A DNA stretch of 52,096 nucleotides from Elusimicrobiota bacterium (GTDB lineage Bacteria > Elusimicrobiota > Elusimicrobia > UBA1565 > UBA9628), in NCBI GenBank assembly GCA_027319565.1, contig DAHVNA010000011.1, forward strand, positions 1 through 52,096, read 5' to 3'. Made by a program: the position numbers and the translations under genes. Numbering within the stretch: position 1 is the stretch's first letter; the number at the start of each line of letters is the position of its first letter. Shown here piece by piece: positions 1 through 8,987 of this stretch. Below the pieces are notes generated by a model. It made no database searches, had not been told where the DNA came from, and worked only from the letters and a program-made list of their open reading frames with translations.

Positions 1-34
1 AATTTTTATTTTAATCGCGATTTATCTCACTCTC

Positions 35-577
35 TTGGAGAAAATTAGAGTATCCAGAGAAAAATTTTTCTTTTTCTTTAAGACATTTTTGATCGTGCTT
101 GTTTTTCAGGTGGCGACATCCCTTCAATGGGGGATTATAGAGGGAAAAAGCCGCTTTCTTTACGCGCTCAAGGGACAAGAAATTCTTCTCAACTACCCTG
201 TCGTTTCTCCAAAGCTGATCTCCATCTACCTTTACCCGCGCCCGAATGAAATTCCGCCGCGCGCGGCCATTCTTGAAAAATATCATCTAAGCGCCTTCTC
301 AAGCTGGCAAAGCCGCGCTCTTTTACCAGCGCCGCCGACGCTAGAAAAGCTTTTCAAAAAGAATCCCGGCGATTGGTTGATTTGGAGACTTCTATCAACG
401 ATTTATTTTTACAGGCCAGACCTGCAAAAAAAATACCCGCCAATTCCTTCGGAGACTAATTTTGCCCGAGAGATTGTCTCATGGGCCAACAAGCGCGGAA
501 CTCAAAACGATCCCGATCAAGCGCTTCTCTTTCCCTGGAAAAACAGCCTATCCCAGATAAATCGCGCCCTTCGCTAA
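35..577 (+). CDS. Hypothetical protein with N-terminal hydrophobic segment
   Basis: 180-aa ORF with TTG start (start uncertain). N-terminal hydrophobic stretch FFFFFKTFLIVLVFQVA. Converges on the TolC gene with a 14-bp gap. No family recognised. Confidence 0.5.
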   Translation: MEKIRVSREKFFFFFKTFLIVLVFQVATSLQWGIIEGKSRFLYALKGQEILLNYPVVSPKLISIYLYPRPNEIPPRAAILEKYHLSAFSSWQSRALLPAPPTLEKLFKKNPGDWLIWRLLSTIYFYRPDLQKKYPPIPSETNFAREIVSWANKRGTQNDPDQALLFPWKNSLSQINRALR

Positions 578-591
578 TGAACGCGGCTCAA

Positions 592-1923
592 TTATTGAGA
601 GACCTTTCCACCGTTTAAGACCGCCTTTGAAGCGGCGTTAAACCACAAATCCGTCTCGGAATCGTTAAGCTCTCCCTGAGCTTGGGCCAGATACTGAATC
701 GCGTCGCGTAAATCAACCAAGGGGCCGATATAGTTAAGGTAGCGCTGCCGGGCTTCGGAGAAAGCGCTTTCGGTTGTTTTGGCCAAAGGTTTTAAGACTC
801 CAATTCGCGCTTGATCATAAGCGATGGATTCATCATAGCGGGCATTAGCCTCATCGACGTAAAGTTTGAGTCCCTTGATTTGCTCTTGCCTTTCAGTCTC
901 AAAGCCCTGGGCCTTTTTGACGCCGCTCTGAATGCGGAAACCCTCGAAGAGGGGGAAGTTCAATCCAACTCCGACGGAAGTGTCATTAACGGGAGTTAGC
1001 CGAGCGGCGGCCATCCCGCCAATGGATCCTAATCCGATGACTTTTGGATAATTTTCCGCCTTATTGGCGTTGACCAAGGAATGGGCGCTTTCCGCGTCGG
1101 CAACGGCCTTGAGGATAAAGGCGCTCACCGCTCCCGGCGCAATTTTTTTAAGGGACGCTTTATCAAAAGTCCTAAATGAAGGAACCACCATATCCTCCGG
1201 TTTTTTTCCGATGAAAAGGGCTAAATTCTTAAGCGAGGCCGTGTACCGCTTGTGATAAGCTTTTTGCTCCGCCGAAGCCAAGCCCGCTTGAACTTCAATT
1301 AAGTATTGATCCGCGAGATTATGCTGACCGGTTTTGACCAAGCGCTCAACGATATGCTGAAGGACCCTAGCGCGATGATAGATATCTTTCCAAATAAGAT
1401 AATCGCTTAAATAGCGGATGGAATCGAAATAATAACCCAAGGCCTTCCAATCCACTTCGTAGCGGATAATCTCGGTATGCTGTTTAGTCGCTTCGAGAAA
1501 ATAACGAGCGGAACTCACTTTGAACGGGATCGTTAAATCCAGGATATTGAGCTTCGAAACAAGCCCGCCAACAGGCGCATCTGCGAACGGAGAGTCTACG
1601 AGTCCTGCTGTCCCGATAAATCCATGTTGGTTGGAACCCGGGAAACCCGAGGACGCCAAGCCTTGAAGGTTCAAGGTCGGATAATAGAAAGACTGCTGAA
1701 TCGTGATCTCTTTTTCCGCCTGAACTTCCTGGGCCTTGGCGGCTTTTAAGTCCGGGTTATAATCTTCGGCCATTCGCAACACCTGCGGCAAAGTCAAAGC
1801 CGAAGACGGCGCGCCGGCAAAAGATGAGCTAGGGCTAGCCGCATAAACGGAAGCGGCAAAGAATAAAGACGCTCCCATTCCTAAAATATAAGATAAAGGC
1901 TTCAGTTTATCCGTGATGCGCAT
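592..1923 (-). CDS. TolC-family outer-membrane efflux protein (copy 1)
   Basis: Signal peptide. OEP-like motifs LTLPQVLRMAEDYNPDL, YYPTLNL, ENYPKV...VGVGLNFPLFEGF. SD GAGGAG upstream; overlaps the RND stop codon. Confidence 0.9.
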   Translation of the reverse strand: MRITDKLKPLSYILGMGASLFFAASVYAASPSSSFAGAPSSALTLPQVLRMAEDYNPDLKAAKAQEVQAEKEITIQQSFYYPTLNLQGLASSGFPGSNQHGFIGTAGLVDSPFADAPVGGLVSKLNILDLTIPFKVSSARYFLEATKQHTEIIRYEVDWKALGYYFDSIRYLSDYLIWKDIYHRARVLQHIVERLVKTGQHNLADQYLIEVQAGLASAEQKAYHKRYTASLKNLALFIGKKPEDMVVPSFRTFDKASLKKIAPGAVSAFILKAVADAESAHSLVNANKAENYPKVIGLGSIGGMAAARLTPVNDTSVGVGLNFPLFEGFRIQSGVKKAQGFETERQEQIKGLKLYVDEANARYDESIAYDQARIGVLKPLAKTTESAFSEARQRYLNYIGPLVDLRDAIQYLAQAQGELNDSETDLWFNAASKAVLNGGKVSQ

Positions 1924-4900
1924 GGCTCAACTCCTCTCCCGCAGGATGCGTGGAATCTGTTTTTCCTAAATCATATTGGGCGCTCTTAGGATCATCTGGA
2001 TCCAAGGAGGGGGATTTAAGATCCGTTTTGCCCTGAATGACGGCAAAAGCCATTGGAAGCAAAAACAAGGTCGCAACCGTCGCGACGCTAAGACCCCCGA
2101 TGACGGCTCTTCCTAAAGGCGCGGTTTGAGAGCCGCCTTCGCTCAGACCCAAGGCCATTGGGATCATACCAGCGATCATGGCCAAAGCGGTCATCAGAAT
2201 CGGACGCAGACGACTAGCGGCGCCGTCGACCGCTCCATGAACGGCCCCCATTCCTTCCATTCGGAAACGCTCCGCGAAATCAACCAACAAAATGGCGTTG
2301 GCAACCGCAACTCCGATAGACATAATCGAACCCATGAACGACTCGATATTAATTGTCGTATGCGTTAAAAGAAGAGCAATGGCCACCCCGGATAACACCG
2401 CCGGCACCGTTGAGAGAACCGTAAGCGACAATTTAATTGATTGGAAGTTCGCTGAAAGGACCAAGAAGATGACGATCAGGGATAGACCTAATCCGAAAGC
2501 GAAACCGTCCATCATTTCCTGAAGAGGAGTCATCTGTCCGCGCAAGAAAACGGTCACGCCCTTGGGGCGGTCTTTGGCTATTGAGGCCATCGCGCGTTTG
2601 ACCTCTCTTGAGACCTTGCCTAAATCCGCTCCATAGATGTTGGCGGCGACGCTGACCATGCGCAACATGTCATAGCGATCATATTCACCGACGGATACGG
2701 TCGACGTGACCGTCGCGAAGTCATGCAAGGGAATAACCCCGGCATAGCTGGAGCTGTATTTGACCGGAATGGGCAGCTTCTGGATATCTCTAATTGAAGT
2801 GATATGCCTTTGCGGCACCTCGACCTGAACCTGATAGGCGATTCCGCTTTTCAAATCAGCCCAAAAGGCGGGAATCGTATAACGAGAAGAGGCCGCCGCA
2901 TCCGCCAGGGTTTGCCCCACCTGATTGACGGTCAAACCCCGAGCTCCCGCTTCCTTGCGGCTCATATTGACGTCGATAGTCGGATAGTTGAACTGTTGCT
3001 CAATTTCCAAGTCTCTTAAATACGGAATTTTAGACAAGACCTGCTTAATTTCCCGTCCGTATTTCTGATCCGAGGCAAAATAGGGGCCAGCGGCGGCGAC
3101 TTCAATGGGCTTGGTCGCGCCTTGACTCATGACCTTGCTGATAATGTCATTAGCCTCAAATGAGAATTGAATCTGAGGGAAAATCTTCGCGAACTTTTTA
3201 CGCAATTTTTCTTCAAGAGGAACGACAGGAATATTACAGCCGTGCCGAAGCCCCACGTCTAAAATCGCGTATTGAGGCCCGGAAGACCACAAATAAATAT
3301 TATTGATCGCGTAATCGGGAGACTGCATGCCCACGATTCCGACTGAAATCGCGAGATTGTGAGGCCCCACTTCCTGCTTAATAACGTCCAAGGCCTGGCG
3401 GGCATATTCCTCGGTTTTCTGGAAAGTCGTGCCAGTGGGAGCGCGCAGAATCATTGTAAATTCGCCATTGTCGACCTGCGGGAAAATCTCAAGCCCCAAG
3501 TGCATTCCGGCGTAAACTAAAATAAGCGCGGCGACGGCAAAATAGCCGATTAAGATCACAATTCTAAATGGCATCAAGCGTTTAAGCAAATGCCGATATT
3601 TTTCCCTAAAGAAGGCAAACCCCTTAAGGCCTTCGCTTCCAAACTCATGATGCCCTTTGTGAGTCAAGATCCAACTCGAAAGAATGGGAACAAAGGTGTT
3701 GGACAACAAATAAGATCCCATCATCGAAAATCCGACCGCAATCGACAAGGGAACAAAAAGCCCTCCGGCCACGCCCTTCATTAAGAAGGAAGGGATGAAC
3801 ACAGCCAAGATGCTGATCATCGCCATGAATTTCGGGATGATGATTTCGCTGGTTCCCTCAAGAGCGGCGCGAGCGACGCTTTTACCGTCTCCCATATGGG
3901 TGTGGATGTTCTCGATAGTCACCGTTGTTTCATCAACCAGAACTCCGACAGCCAAGGCCAGACCGCCCAAGGTCATGATATTGACCGTTTGCTTAGTCAG
4001 CCATAAAACGACCACCGCAAAACCCAAAGCCAGCGGAATGTTCAAGGTTACGATAAAAGCGCTCTTCAGATCGCGTAAGAAGAGTAAAACCATTAAGCTC
4101 GTCAGCAAGGCTCCCATCGCCCCTTCAAAAACAAGAGAGCCGATCGCGCGCTTGACATAGCCGGTCTGGTCAAAGGCATAACTGACCTTGACATCATTGG
4201 GCAACACATCCTGAAAGTTGGGGAGATTTTTCTTAACCAAGGCGGCGACAGCCAAGGTCGAGGCATCCGGACGCTTGGTCACCGGAATATAAATCGAGCG
4301 GCGTCCGTTGATGAGGGCGTATCCAACCGTAATATCGGTTCCATCTTCGATTTTAGCTACGTCTTTAACGAAAACAGTCGGGGTGGTTCCAAGCCTAATC
4401 GGAATATTGCCCAATTGCTGGATATTATTGACAACCGAATTTAAAGGGACAATCGGATAAGTATCGCCTAAATAAATATTTCCAGCGGGAATGACGACGT
4501 TGCCTTGGGTTACGGCCTTGGCGACGTCACCCGGAGACACGTTGTATTTTCTCATCGCGTCTTCGTTCATCCGAATGACGATCGTTCTCTGAGAGGCGCC
4601 AAAAGGCGGCGGAGAAGAAACGCCAGGCAAGGTGGCAAACAAAGGGCGCACGCGGTTTAAGGCCAAATCTTCGATGGATCCTAAAGAGCGCGTCTTACTT
4701 GTAAACACAAGGTCACCGATGGGGAGACTCCCTGCGTCAAAGCGCAGAATAAAGGGAGGAACGGTGCCCGGCGGCATGAAGGCTCTGGCGCGGTCGGCAT
4801 AGTCGACCACTTCAGCCATGGCTCCGGCCATATTTGTCCCATTGTGGAAAGTGAGTTTAATTAGAGCGGTGCCTTGAATATTTTTAGATTCAATAGATTT

Positions 4901-5155
4901 AATGCCAGTTGTATAAAGGAAATGATACTCGTAATAGTAGGTCAAATAACCTTCCATCTGTTCCGGCGTCATGCCGCCATATGGCTGGGCGACATAGATG
5001 ACGGGAAGATTAAGATTAGGCAGAATATCGCGCGGCATCTGCTTTATCGACCAAAAAGCGCCCAAGATAAGCGCAAGAACTAAAACGACGACCGTAATCG
5101 GACGGCGCATCGCGCCGCGAACCGCTGGGACAATTTCTATTTTAGGACCTTTCAT
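1907..5155 (-). CDS. RND efflux transporter permease subunit (AcrB/CusA superfamily), copy 1
   Basis: 1082 aa. TM4 GGLALAVGVLVDETTVTIENI, TM11 RLRPILMTALAMIAGMIP, PLGRAVIGGL. Two large periplasmic loops. Confidence 0.95.
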   Translation of the reverse strand: MKGPKIEIVPAVRGAMRRPITVVVLVLALILGAFWSIKQMPRDILPNLNLPVIYVAQPYGGMTPEQMEGYLTYYYEYHFLYTTGIKSIESKNIQGTALIKLTFHNGTNMAGAMAEVVDYADRARAFMPPGTVPPFILRFDAGSLPIGDLVFTSKTRSLGSIEDLALNRVRPLFATLPGVSSPPPFGASQRTIVIRMNEDAMRKYNVSPGDVAKAVTQGNVVIPAGNIYLGDTYPIVPLNSVVNNIQQLGNIPIRLGTTPTVFVKDVAKIEDGTDITVGYALINGRRSIYIPVTKRPDASTLAVAALVKKNLPNFQDVLPNDVKVSYAFDQTGYVKRAIGSLVFEGAMGALLTSLMVLLFLRDLKSAFIVTLNIPLALGFAVVVLWLTKQTVNIMTLGGLALAVGVLVDETTVTIENIHTHMGDGKSVARAALEGTSEIIIPKFMAMISILAVFIPSFLMKGVAGGLFVPLSIAVGFSMMGSYLLSNTFVPILSSWILTHKGHHEFGSEGLKGFAFFREKYRHLLKRLMPFRIVILIGYFAVAALILVYAGMHLGLEIFPQVDNGEFTMILRAPTGTTFQKTEEYARQALDVIKQEVGPHNLAISVGIVGMQSPDYAINNIYLWSSGPQYAILDVGLRHGCNIPVVPLEEKLRKKFAKIFPQIQFSFEANDIISKVMSQGATKPIEVAAAGPYFASDQKYGREIKQVLSKIPYLRDLEIEQQFNYPTIDVNMSRKEAGARGLTVNQVGQTLADAAASSRYTIPAFWADLKSGIAYQVQVEVPQRHITSIRDIQKLPIPVKYSSSYAGVIPLHDFATVTSTVSVGEYDRYDMLRMVSVAANIYGADLGKVSREVKRAMASIAKDRPKGVTVFLRGQMTPLQEMMDGFAFGLGLSLIVIFLVLSANFQSIKLSLTVLSTVPAVLSGVAIALLLTHTTINIESFMGSIMSIGVAVANAILLVDFAERFRMEGMGAVHGAVDGAASRLRPILMTALAMIAGMIPMALGLSEGGSQTAPLGRAVIGGLSVATVATLFLLPMAFAVIQGKTDLKSPSLDPDDPKSAQYDLGKTDSTHPAGEELSHAHHG

Positions 5156-5212
5156 ATTTTCCTCTAAAAACTCCTTGAATCATAACGACATATTATAAAG
5201 AAATCGACAAGC

Positions 5213-5232
5213 AAGGGGAGAACAACCCCCTT
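5213..5232 (-). promoter_or_regulatory. Stem-loop immediately after the small ORF stop, upstream of RND copy 1
   Basis: Minus strand reads AAGGGGG-TTGTTC-TCCCCTT, 5 nt after the TAA of the 5238..5600 ORF. No clear U-tract follows. Confidence 0.45.
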
Positions 5233-5237
5233 TGAAA

Positions 5238-5600
5238 TTAGGCAATTGCTGGAGGGCGATACAGACGCCTAGAATGTATCGAACGAATCAACAAAAAGTC
5301 TTGGGAGGGTAGGAAAACCGTGAGTAAGCCGCGCCTTTCATGGATCAAAGACATATCCGCAAATAAACTCCGGTGAACAGAGGTCCGGCTGTTGCCGCGT
5401 TTATGGTGCGCTAAAAACGCGAAATAGACAAAACCATCCGCCCTTGAAGCGGAAATAATGGATTGCTCCGAACCTTTTAAATGCGGAAGATCAAAGCCGC
5501 GGCTTCCGAAAATAACAGGAGCAATCGCGAATTCAAAAGCGAGCAAAAGCGGCAAAAGGCGCCTCCAAACCGCTAATCGCTTCTTTATGACCAATATCAT
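5238..5600 (-). CDS. Small membrane/exported protein, candidate regulatory leader peptide ending LYRPPAIA
   Basis: In-frame ATG at 5600 gives 120 aa: basic N-terminus plus hydrophobic segment, several His, and a C-terminal RPP. The longer track ORF (to 5756) runs through a palindromic repeat. Confidence 0.55.
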   Translation of the reverse strand: MILVIKKRLAVWRRLLPLLLAFEFAIAPVIFGSRGFDLPHLKGSEQSIISASRADGFVYFAFLAHHKRGNSRTSVHRSLFADMSLIHERRGLLTVFLPSQDFLLIRSIHSRRLYRPPAIA

Positions 5601-5682
5601 ACTGTCAAATATTGGACAAAATATAAAAGGTTGAGTCAAATTGATGGAAGAGAAGGAGTTGATTTGACGTAACTGTTCAGGT

Positions 5683-5763
5683 TCGTCATTCCGGCGAACG
5701 CCGGAATCCAGTGGTAGGCTTTCTGAGAGTCTGGACTCCGGCTTACGGATTGCCAAAGTGACG
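5683..5763. repeat. REP/dRS3-like palindromic element, copy 1
   Basis: TCGTCATTCCGGCGAACGCCGGAATCCAG...CTGGACTCCGGCTT...GTGACG. Matches the copy at 23179-23292. Confidence 0.8.
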
Positions 5764-5770
5764 TGAGTAG

Positions 5771-8700
5771 TTATGATTTGACCGCAGAACCCGAGTGGGA
5801 ATTATGCGCGGGATTAACAACTGGATCAAAATGCGAACTATGCGGATCGTCCGGGTGCAACGACGGCGGATAGAGAGACGCTTTATCTTGAAGAGCCGCG
5901 ATCGCCAACGGCAAAATCAGCAAGGTCGCCATTGTGGCTAGTGTCATGCCGCCGATTAAGGCCAATCCCAAGGGCGCGGTCTGTTTTCCGCCTTCGCTCA
6001 GCCCCGAAGCCATCGGAATCATTCCGGCGATCATCGCCAAAGCCGTCATCAAAATTGGACGAAGACGGGTTGAGGCTCCTTCCAAGGCGCCGCCCACCGC
6101 TCCCAGACCTTGCCTTCGGTATCTGTCGGCGAAATCGGCGAGCAACACGGCGTTGGCAATGGCCACTCCAATCGCCATGATCGCGCCCATAAACGACTGA
6201 ATATTGACCGTGGTATGAGTCAAAAGAAGAGCGGCCACGACCCCGCAGAGAACCGCGGGCACGGTCGATAAAATAGCGAGAGTCAAGGTCACCGACTGAA
6301 AATTGGCGGAAAGAAGCAAAAAAATGACAATCACAGACAGCGCTAGTCCAAAGGCAAAGCCTCCGAGGATTTCCTCAAGCGGCAAGATTTGGCCCCGCAA
6401 GTGAACCGTAACCCCCAACGGTCTTTTTGAAGCAACCGAAGCCAAAGCCGAGCGAACCAAGAGAGCGACTTTTCCCAGATCGGCCCCGACAATGTTGGCT
6501 GAAACATTGACGCTTCTCTGCATATTCAGCCGATCAAAAGAGCCGACAGTCACGGTTGAAACGACGGCGGCGACATTGGAAACGGAAGTCCAGCCGTAGG
6601 AATCTTCGACACGGCGTATGGGGACGGGAAACTTTCGCACATCGGAAAGACTGGTGATATTTTCCTGCGGGACCTCTACTTGAACTTCGTAGCTAATTCC
6701 CGTTTTGGGATCGGCCCAGAAAGAGGGAATGGTATAACGGGAAGATGCCGCGGCGTCTCCCAAGGATTTTCCGACGTCTTCCGCCGTCACTCCCAAAATT
6801 CCGGCTTTTTTGCGGTCCATATTGACGGCGATGGTGGGGTAGTCGAAACTCTCGGATGTCTCGATATCTTTTAAATAGGGAATTTTAGAGACGGCCGCCT
6901 GGACAATTTTTCCGTACTCGATATCGCGATCGAAAAAAGGGCCCGAGACCGAAATTCCGACTGGTTTGGGTTCGCCTTCGCTCATCGCGACGCTTAAAAT
7001 ATCGTTAGGCTCGAATGAAAACCGGGTATCGGGAATCATTTGGGCAAATTGCTTTCTCAAGCGCTCTTCTAACTTAAACACATCCACGCCCGATTTTCGC
7101 TGCAAACCGATATCGATATAAGCCATTTCAGGGCCGGGGGAATACTGGTAAATATTATTGAGCGCGTAATCGGGAGTCTGCATTCCAACTAGCCCAATCC
7201 AAATTTTTACGTTTTTTTCTCCCACGTCCTGTTTAATAATGCCTATCGCTTTTTTGACGGTACTCTCGGTATATTCAATCGCGGAACCGGTCGGACATCT
7301 GACCACCATCCGGAATTCTCCGGTGTCGACCTGGGGAAAAATTTCAAGCCCCAAACGCTTAAAAGTTAAAAACAAAAAGGCGCCAGCCAAGATAAAGTAG
7401 GCGCTTAAAATCAATCCCCGGCGCGGCATCAAGATTTTTTCGAGGAACCGGCGATAGGCGTTGCGAATGACGTCAAAACTAAAACCCTTGGAAGCCCCGG
7501 CATGAACCGCATGAGGTTTAATGAGCCAGGTCGACAGAATCGGCGCCAAGGTGGATGAAAAAATATAAGAGCCCAACATTCCGGCGCCGACGGCCATCGA
7601 AAGCGGCAAGAAAAGATGCCCCGCCACGCCTTTCATCACGAAAGACGGAATGAAGACGGCCAGAACGCAGGCCATCGCCAAAAAGTTCGGAAAAAGGACT
7701 TCGGAGGTCCCGGCCAAGCTCGCGCGGGAAACAGGTTTCCCCTTCGCTAAATGAGAGTGGATATTTTCGATGGTCACCGTGGATTCATCAACCAAAATAC
7801 CGACAGCCAAGGCCAGTCCACCAAGCGTCATGATATTGACTGTTTGCCCCATGATATAAAGAAGGATCATCGCAAAAGCCAGAGAAATCGGAATGATAAT
7901 CGCGACGATCAAGGCCGAGCGCCAATCTTGAAGAAACAAAAGGACCATCAAACTCGTCAAAAGGGCGCCCAAGCCGCCCTCAAAAGCTAAAGAGCCAATG
8001 GCGCGCCGAACGTATCCCGATTGATCAAAGGCATAACTCAATTTAATATCTTTAGGAAGAACTTCCTGAAAGCGGGAAATATTCGCCTTTATCTCGTCAA
8101 CGACTTTTAAGGTTGATGCGTCCGAGTGTTTGGCGATCGGAATATAAACCGATCGCGCGCCATTGACTAATGCAAAACCGGTAGGAATATCAGTCGTGTC
8201 CTTGATTTTCGCGACATCTTTGACGAAAATTGTCGGATAAGTTCCTAAGCGAACCGGGATATTTCCTAATTCCTGAATGTCGGTCACCGGAGAATTCAGA
8301 GGAATCAGGGGGTATTTTGTCCCCATATCCATGTTGCCGGAGGGAACAATGACGTTTCCGCTAGTGACCGCGCGCGCGACATCTTCCGGAGAGATATCAT
8401 AGTAGCGCATTTTTTTCTCGTTCATTTCGACTACAATCGTGCGCGGGCTGGCTCCAAACGGCGCCGGAGCCATGACCCCCGGTAAATCGCCAAACATCGG
8501 GCGAACGCGGTTAAAAGCCAAATCGACCAAGGTACTCAAAGGCTCATTTTTTGACTCAAAAACCAAATCTCCAACCGGAAGGTCGCTGGCGTCAAAACGC
8601 AAAATGAAAGGGGGAAACGTTCCCGGCGGCATGAAAGCGCGCGCTCGAGACGCATAAGCGATCACCTCTCCCATCGCCTGCGTCATATCGGTTCCCTCAT

Positions 8701-8986
8701 CAAACGTCAATTTAACAAGAGCGATTCCCTGCGCGGAATGAGACTCCATGCTTTTAAGGCCCGTGAGATACAAGAAAAACTGCTCGTAGCGGTAGGTCAG
8801 GTATCCTTCCATCTGGGCTGGCGTCATGCCGCCAAAGGGCTCGGCGACATAAATGGTGTTGAGACCCAAATCCGGAAGAATGTCCCGGCGCATATTCTTA
8901 ATGACCCCGCCCGCGGCCAAAAGAATGGAGACGACAATAATGACAATCGTGACCGGACGCCTCAACGACAAATCAACAATGCCCAT
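5771..8986 (-). CDS. RND efflux transporter permease subunit, copy 2 (paralog of 1907..5155)
   Basis: Same motifs (GGLALAVGILVDESTVTIENI, RLRPILMTALAMIAGMIP). Start placed at ATG 8986, 1 nt after the TolC stop; the track start is 9010. Confidence 0.95.
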   Translation of the reverse strand: MGIVDLSLRRPVTIVIIVVSILLAAGGVIKNMRRDILPDLGLNTIYVAEPFGGMTPAQMEGYLTYRYEQFFLYLTGLKSMESHSAQGIALVKLTFDEGTDMTQAMGEVIAYASRARAFMPPGTFPPFILRFDASDLPVGDLVFESKNEPLSTLVDLAFNRVRPMFGDLPGVMAPAPFGASPRTIVVEMNEKKMRYYDISPEDVARAVTSGNVIVPSGNMDMGTKYPLIPLNSPVTDIQELGNIPVRLGTYPTIFVKDVAKIKDTTDIPTGFALVNGARSVYIPIAKHSDASTLKVVDEIKANISRFQEVLPKDIKLSYAFDQSGYVRRAIGSLAFEGGLGALLTSLMVLLFLQDWRSALIVAIIIPISLAFAMILLYIMGQTVNIMTLGGLALAVGILVDESTVTIENIHSHLAKGKPVSRASLAGTSEVLFPNFLAMACVLAVFIPSFVMKGVAGHLFLPLSMAVGAGMLGSYIFSSTLAPILSTWLIKPHAVHAGASKGFSFDVIRNAYRRFLEKILMPRRGLILSAYFILAGAFLFLTFKRLGLEIFPQVDTGEFRMVVRCPTGSAIEYTESTVKKAIGIIKQDVGEKNVKIWIGLVGMQTPDYALNNIYQYSPGPEMAYIDIGLQRKSGVDVFKLEERLRKQFAQMIPDTRFSFEPNDILSVAMSEGEPKPVGISVSGPFFDRDIEYGKIVQAAVSKIPYLKDIETSESFDYPTIAVNMDRKKAGILGVTAEDVGKSLGDAAASSRYTIPSFWADPKTGISYEVQVEVPQENITSLSDVRKFPVPIRRVEDSYGWTSVSNVAAVVSTVTVGSFDRLNMQRSVNVSANIVGADLGKVALLVRSALASVASKRPLGVTVHLRGQILPLEEILGGFAFGLALSVIVIFLLLSANFQSVTLTLAILSTVPAVLCGVVAALLLTHTTVNIQSFMGAIMAIGVAIANAVLLADFADRYRRQGLGAVGGALEGASTRLRPILMTALAMIAGMIPMASGLSEGGKQTAPLGLALIGGMTLATMATLLILPLAIAALQDKASLYPPSLHPDDPHSSHFDPVVNPAHNSHSGSAVKS

Positions 8987-8987
8987 A

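Noticed and set aside
5601..5756. N-terminal 52 aa of the 172-aa track ORF
   Set aside because: It translates the REP-like palindrome (LDSGVRRND) and probable promoter DNA. ATG 5600 is a more plausible start.
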